A DNA stretch of 64,000 bases from a virus. Lineage: Duplodnaviria; Caudoviricetes. Each line of letters opens with the position of its first letter. Position 1 is the first letter of the stretch. The notes beneath the pieces were generated by a model. That model had not been told where the DNA came from. It did no database searches and saw only the letters and a list, made by a program, of their open reading frames with translations. Made by a program: the position numbers and the translations under genes. Where the stretch lies: the IMG/VR virus record IMGVR_UViG_3300027255_000165, one strand, 5' to 3'. This document shows, piece after piece, positions 62,892 to 64,000 of this stretch.

Positions 62892-64000
62892 TTAGTTTCC
62901 TGCAGGGGCTGTCATTTTCTCAACAACCTGTTGTCTAACTGGCCATTCTTTTCTAGATAAATGAAGAACCTGATTGATTCCATCTTCACCATTATACTTA
63001 TATTCGATTCCCATGATAACGTAATATCCAGTTAGAAATTCATCGACTTTAAAAGCTTCCGCTTGATTATCGTCCTCAGTCTTGGTTTGATTCTTACCGG
63101 ATTCCATCTGTTCTTGCTTCACTTCGAAACCAGCCTCTTCTGCCTTTTCATTTTCAGTATTAGCTACCGCGTTACTAGTGTTAGAGTAATTATAAATGGT
63201 AACTGGAATCTTCATGTATCGATACAACGCAGGGTTATTGGTTGACAACTCGACTATTAACTTCATCTTATCTAATTCAACCATATTTTGAACATTATTA
63301 ATAGATGAATAGGCATAGTTTAAATGAACGTTATCCGCAGAGTGTTGCATTCCAATGTACTTATGCTTGACAATAGTACCATATTCATCTTCCTTTGAAG
63401 TTTGATTACCCTTTAAAGGTACTTCGTTGTCTTTAATCGTGGAACTAACTAAGGATTCAACATCAAACTCAAGAAGCTTTCCGCCCTCTTCATTCATATC
63501 AAAATACTGCAAGGTTCTCTTGTATCCATTTTCAAGAGCTACCTGAGTTGACATGTTAATTAGGTTATATGAGACAATGTGGGTTGCCGTACCTTCTACA
63601 TTGTGGTGATTCGTTAAAATTAATTCAGCCTTGTTTTCAGCTGAACCTTCCTTTGGATCTTCTTTTCTTTCATCAAACAGGGTTGCTGAAATAAGTTCAT
63701 CCATTTCAACTTCTTCTTCAGAATTGAAAACCTTTTGAACGTCAACAAAGTTTACGTAATAATATGGATCAATGGAATAGGTTTGAAAAGTTTCATCTGA
63801 AATGTAAGAGTGCAAAACAGTCTTATCTAATAATTCATACTTAGATTGAAATGCCGCAATTCTTACCATTTGATCGTCTGTTGCGTCTACATTAGTCGCA
63901 ACCCCTAACTTCATATCTTTAGCGATTGAAATGACATGGTCATACGAGTTTCCTAAACCGTAACTTTTGCAACTGTCATTATAAAATTCTGGAATCTTTG
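62892..64000 (-). CDS. Baseplate hub protein (gp27-like), 5' end beyond the window
   Basis: The frame stays open from 63914 to the window edge (..KIPEFYNDSCKSYGLGNSYDHVISIAKDM..). C-terminal TGYYVIMGIEYKY...LHLSRKEW is typical of hub proteins. Confidence 0.6.
   Translation of the reverse strand, partial: KIPEFYNDSCKSYGLGNSYDHVISIAKDMKLGVATNVDATDDQMVRIAAFQSKYELLDKTVLHSYISDETFQTYSIDPYYYVNFVDVQKVFNSEEEVEMDELISATLFDERKEDPKEGSAENKAELILTNHHNVEGTATHIVSYNLINMSTQVALENGYKRTLQYFDMNEEGGKLLEFDVESLVSSTIKDNEVPLKGNQTSKEDEYGTIVKHKYIGMQHSADNVHLNYAYSSINNVQNMVELDKMKLIVELSTNNPALYRYMKIPVTIYNYSNTSNAVANTENEKAEEAGFEVKQEQMESGKNQTKTEDDNQAEAFKVDEFLTGYYVIMGIEYKYNGEDGINQVLHLSRKEWPVRQQVVEKMTAPAGN

Noticed and set aside
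1020-63245. The many 60-180 aa plus-strand and alternate-frame ORFs in the track (for example 24298-24831, 36211-36594, 54651-55025, 60973-61284)
   Set aside because: They lie antisense to or inside well-supported genes and show the Ser/Leu/Phe-rich composition typical of shadow ORFs.
1-64000. Alternative genetic code (TAG or TGA reassignment, as in some large Bacteroidota phages)
   Set aside because: Long genes are intact in the standard code, and TAG (nrdA, uvsW) and TGA (gp47) end genes at expected positions.
1-64000. tRNA genes, CRISPR arrays, introns or homing endonucleases
   Set aside because: Intergenic gaps are short and show no cloverleaf or repeat-spacer pattern. nrdA, nrdB, thyA and polymerase ORFs are uninterrupted, and no HNH, GIY-YIG or LAGLIDADG motif was seen.

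Overview
This window is a 64-kb segment of a large T4-like (jumbo-type) tailed phage genome in the standard genetic code. Essentially every gene is on the minus strand; the only exception found is a 47-aa basic ORF. Several features point to a Bacteroidota host: RNR type, bS1 N-terminus, AT-rich start regions without Shine-Dalgarno sites and a spanin-like protein. From 1 to about 20.8 kb lies a replication, recombination and nucleotide-metabolism block: gp46/gp47, gp41 helicase, UvsX, a family B polymerase split into two genes separated by the clamp and nrdAB, dCTPase, a T4-type alpha-glucosyltransferase, an MBD4-like DNA glycosylase and ThyA. From about 20.8 to 31 kb is a run of genes whose products share a T4 capsid-targeting-like motif (K/T-F/Y-E-x-F-x-x-E). 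It includes two ligase-fold nucleotidyltransferases, an HxGH nucleotidyltransferase, a PD-(D/E)xK-like protein and a modular polyprotein-like protein. From 31 to 36.5 kb come UvsW, UvsY, primase, gp32 and a RuvC-like resolvase. From 36.5 to 64 kb is a tail, baseplate and neck block interrupted by a putative amidoligase and a four-S1-domain ribosomal protein bS1 homolog. All family calls come from motif recognition by eye; no database search was run.
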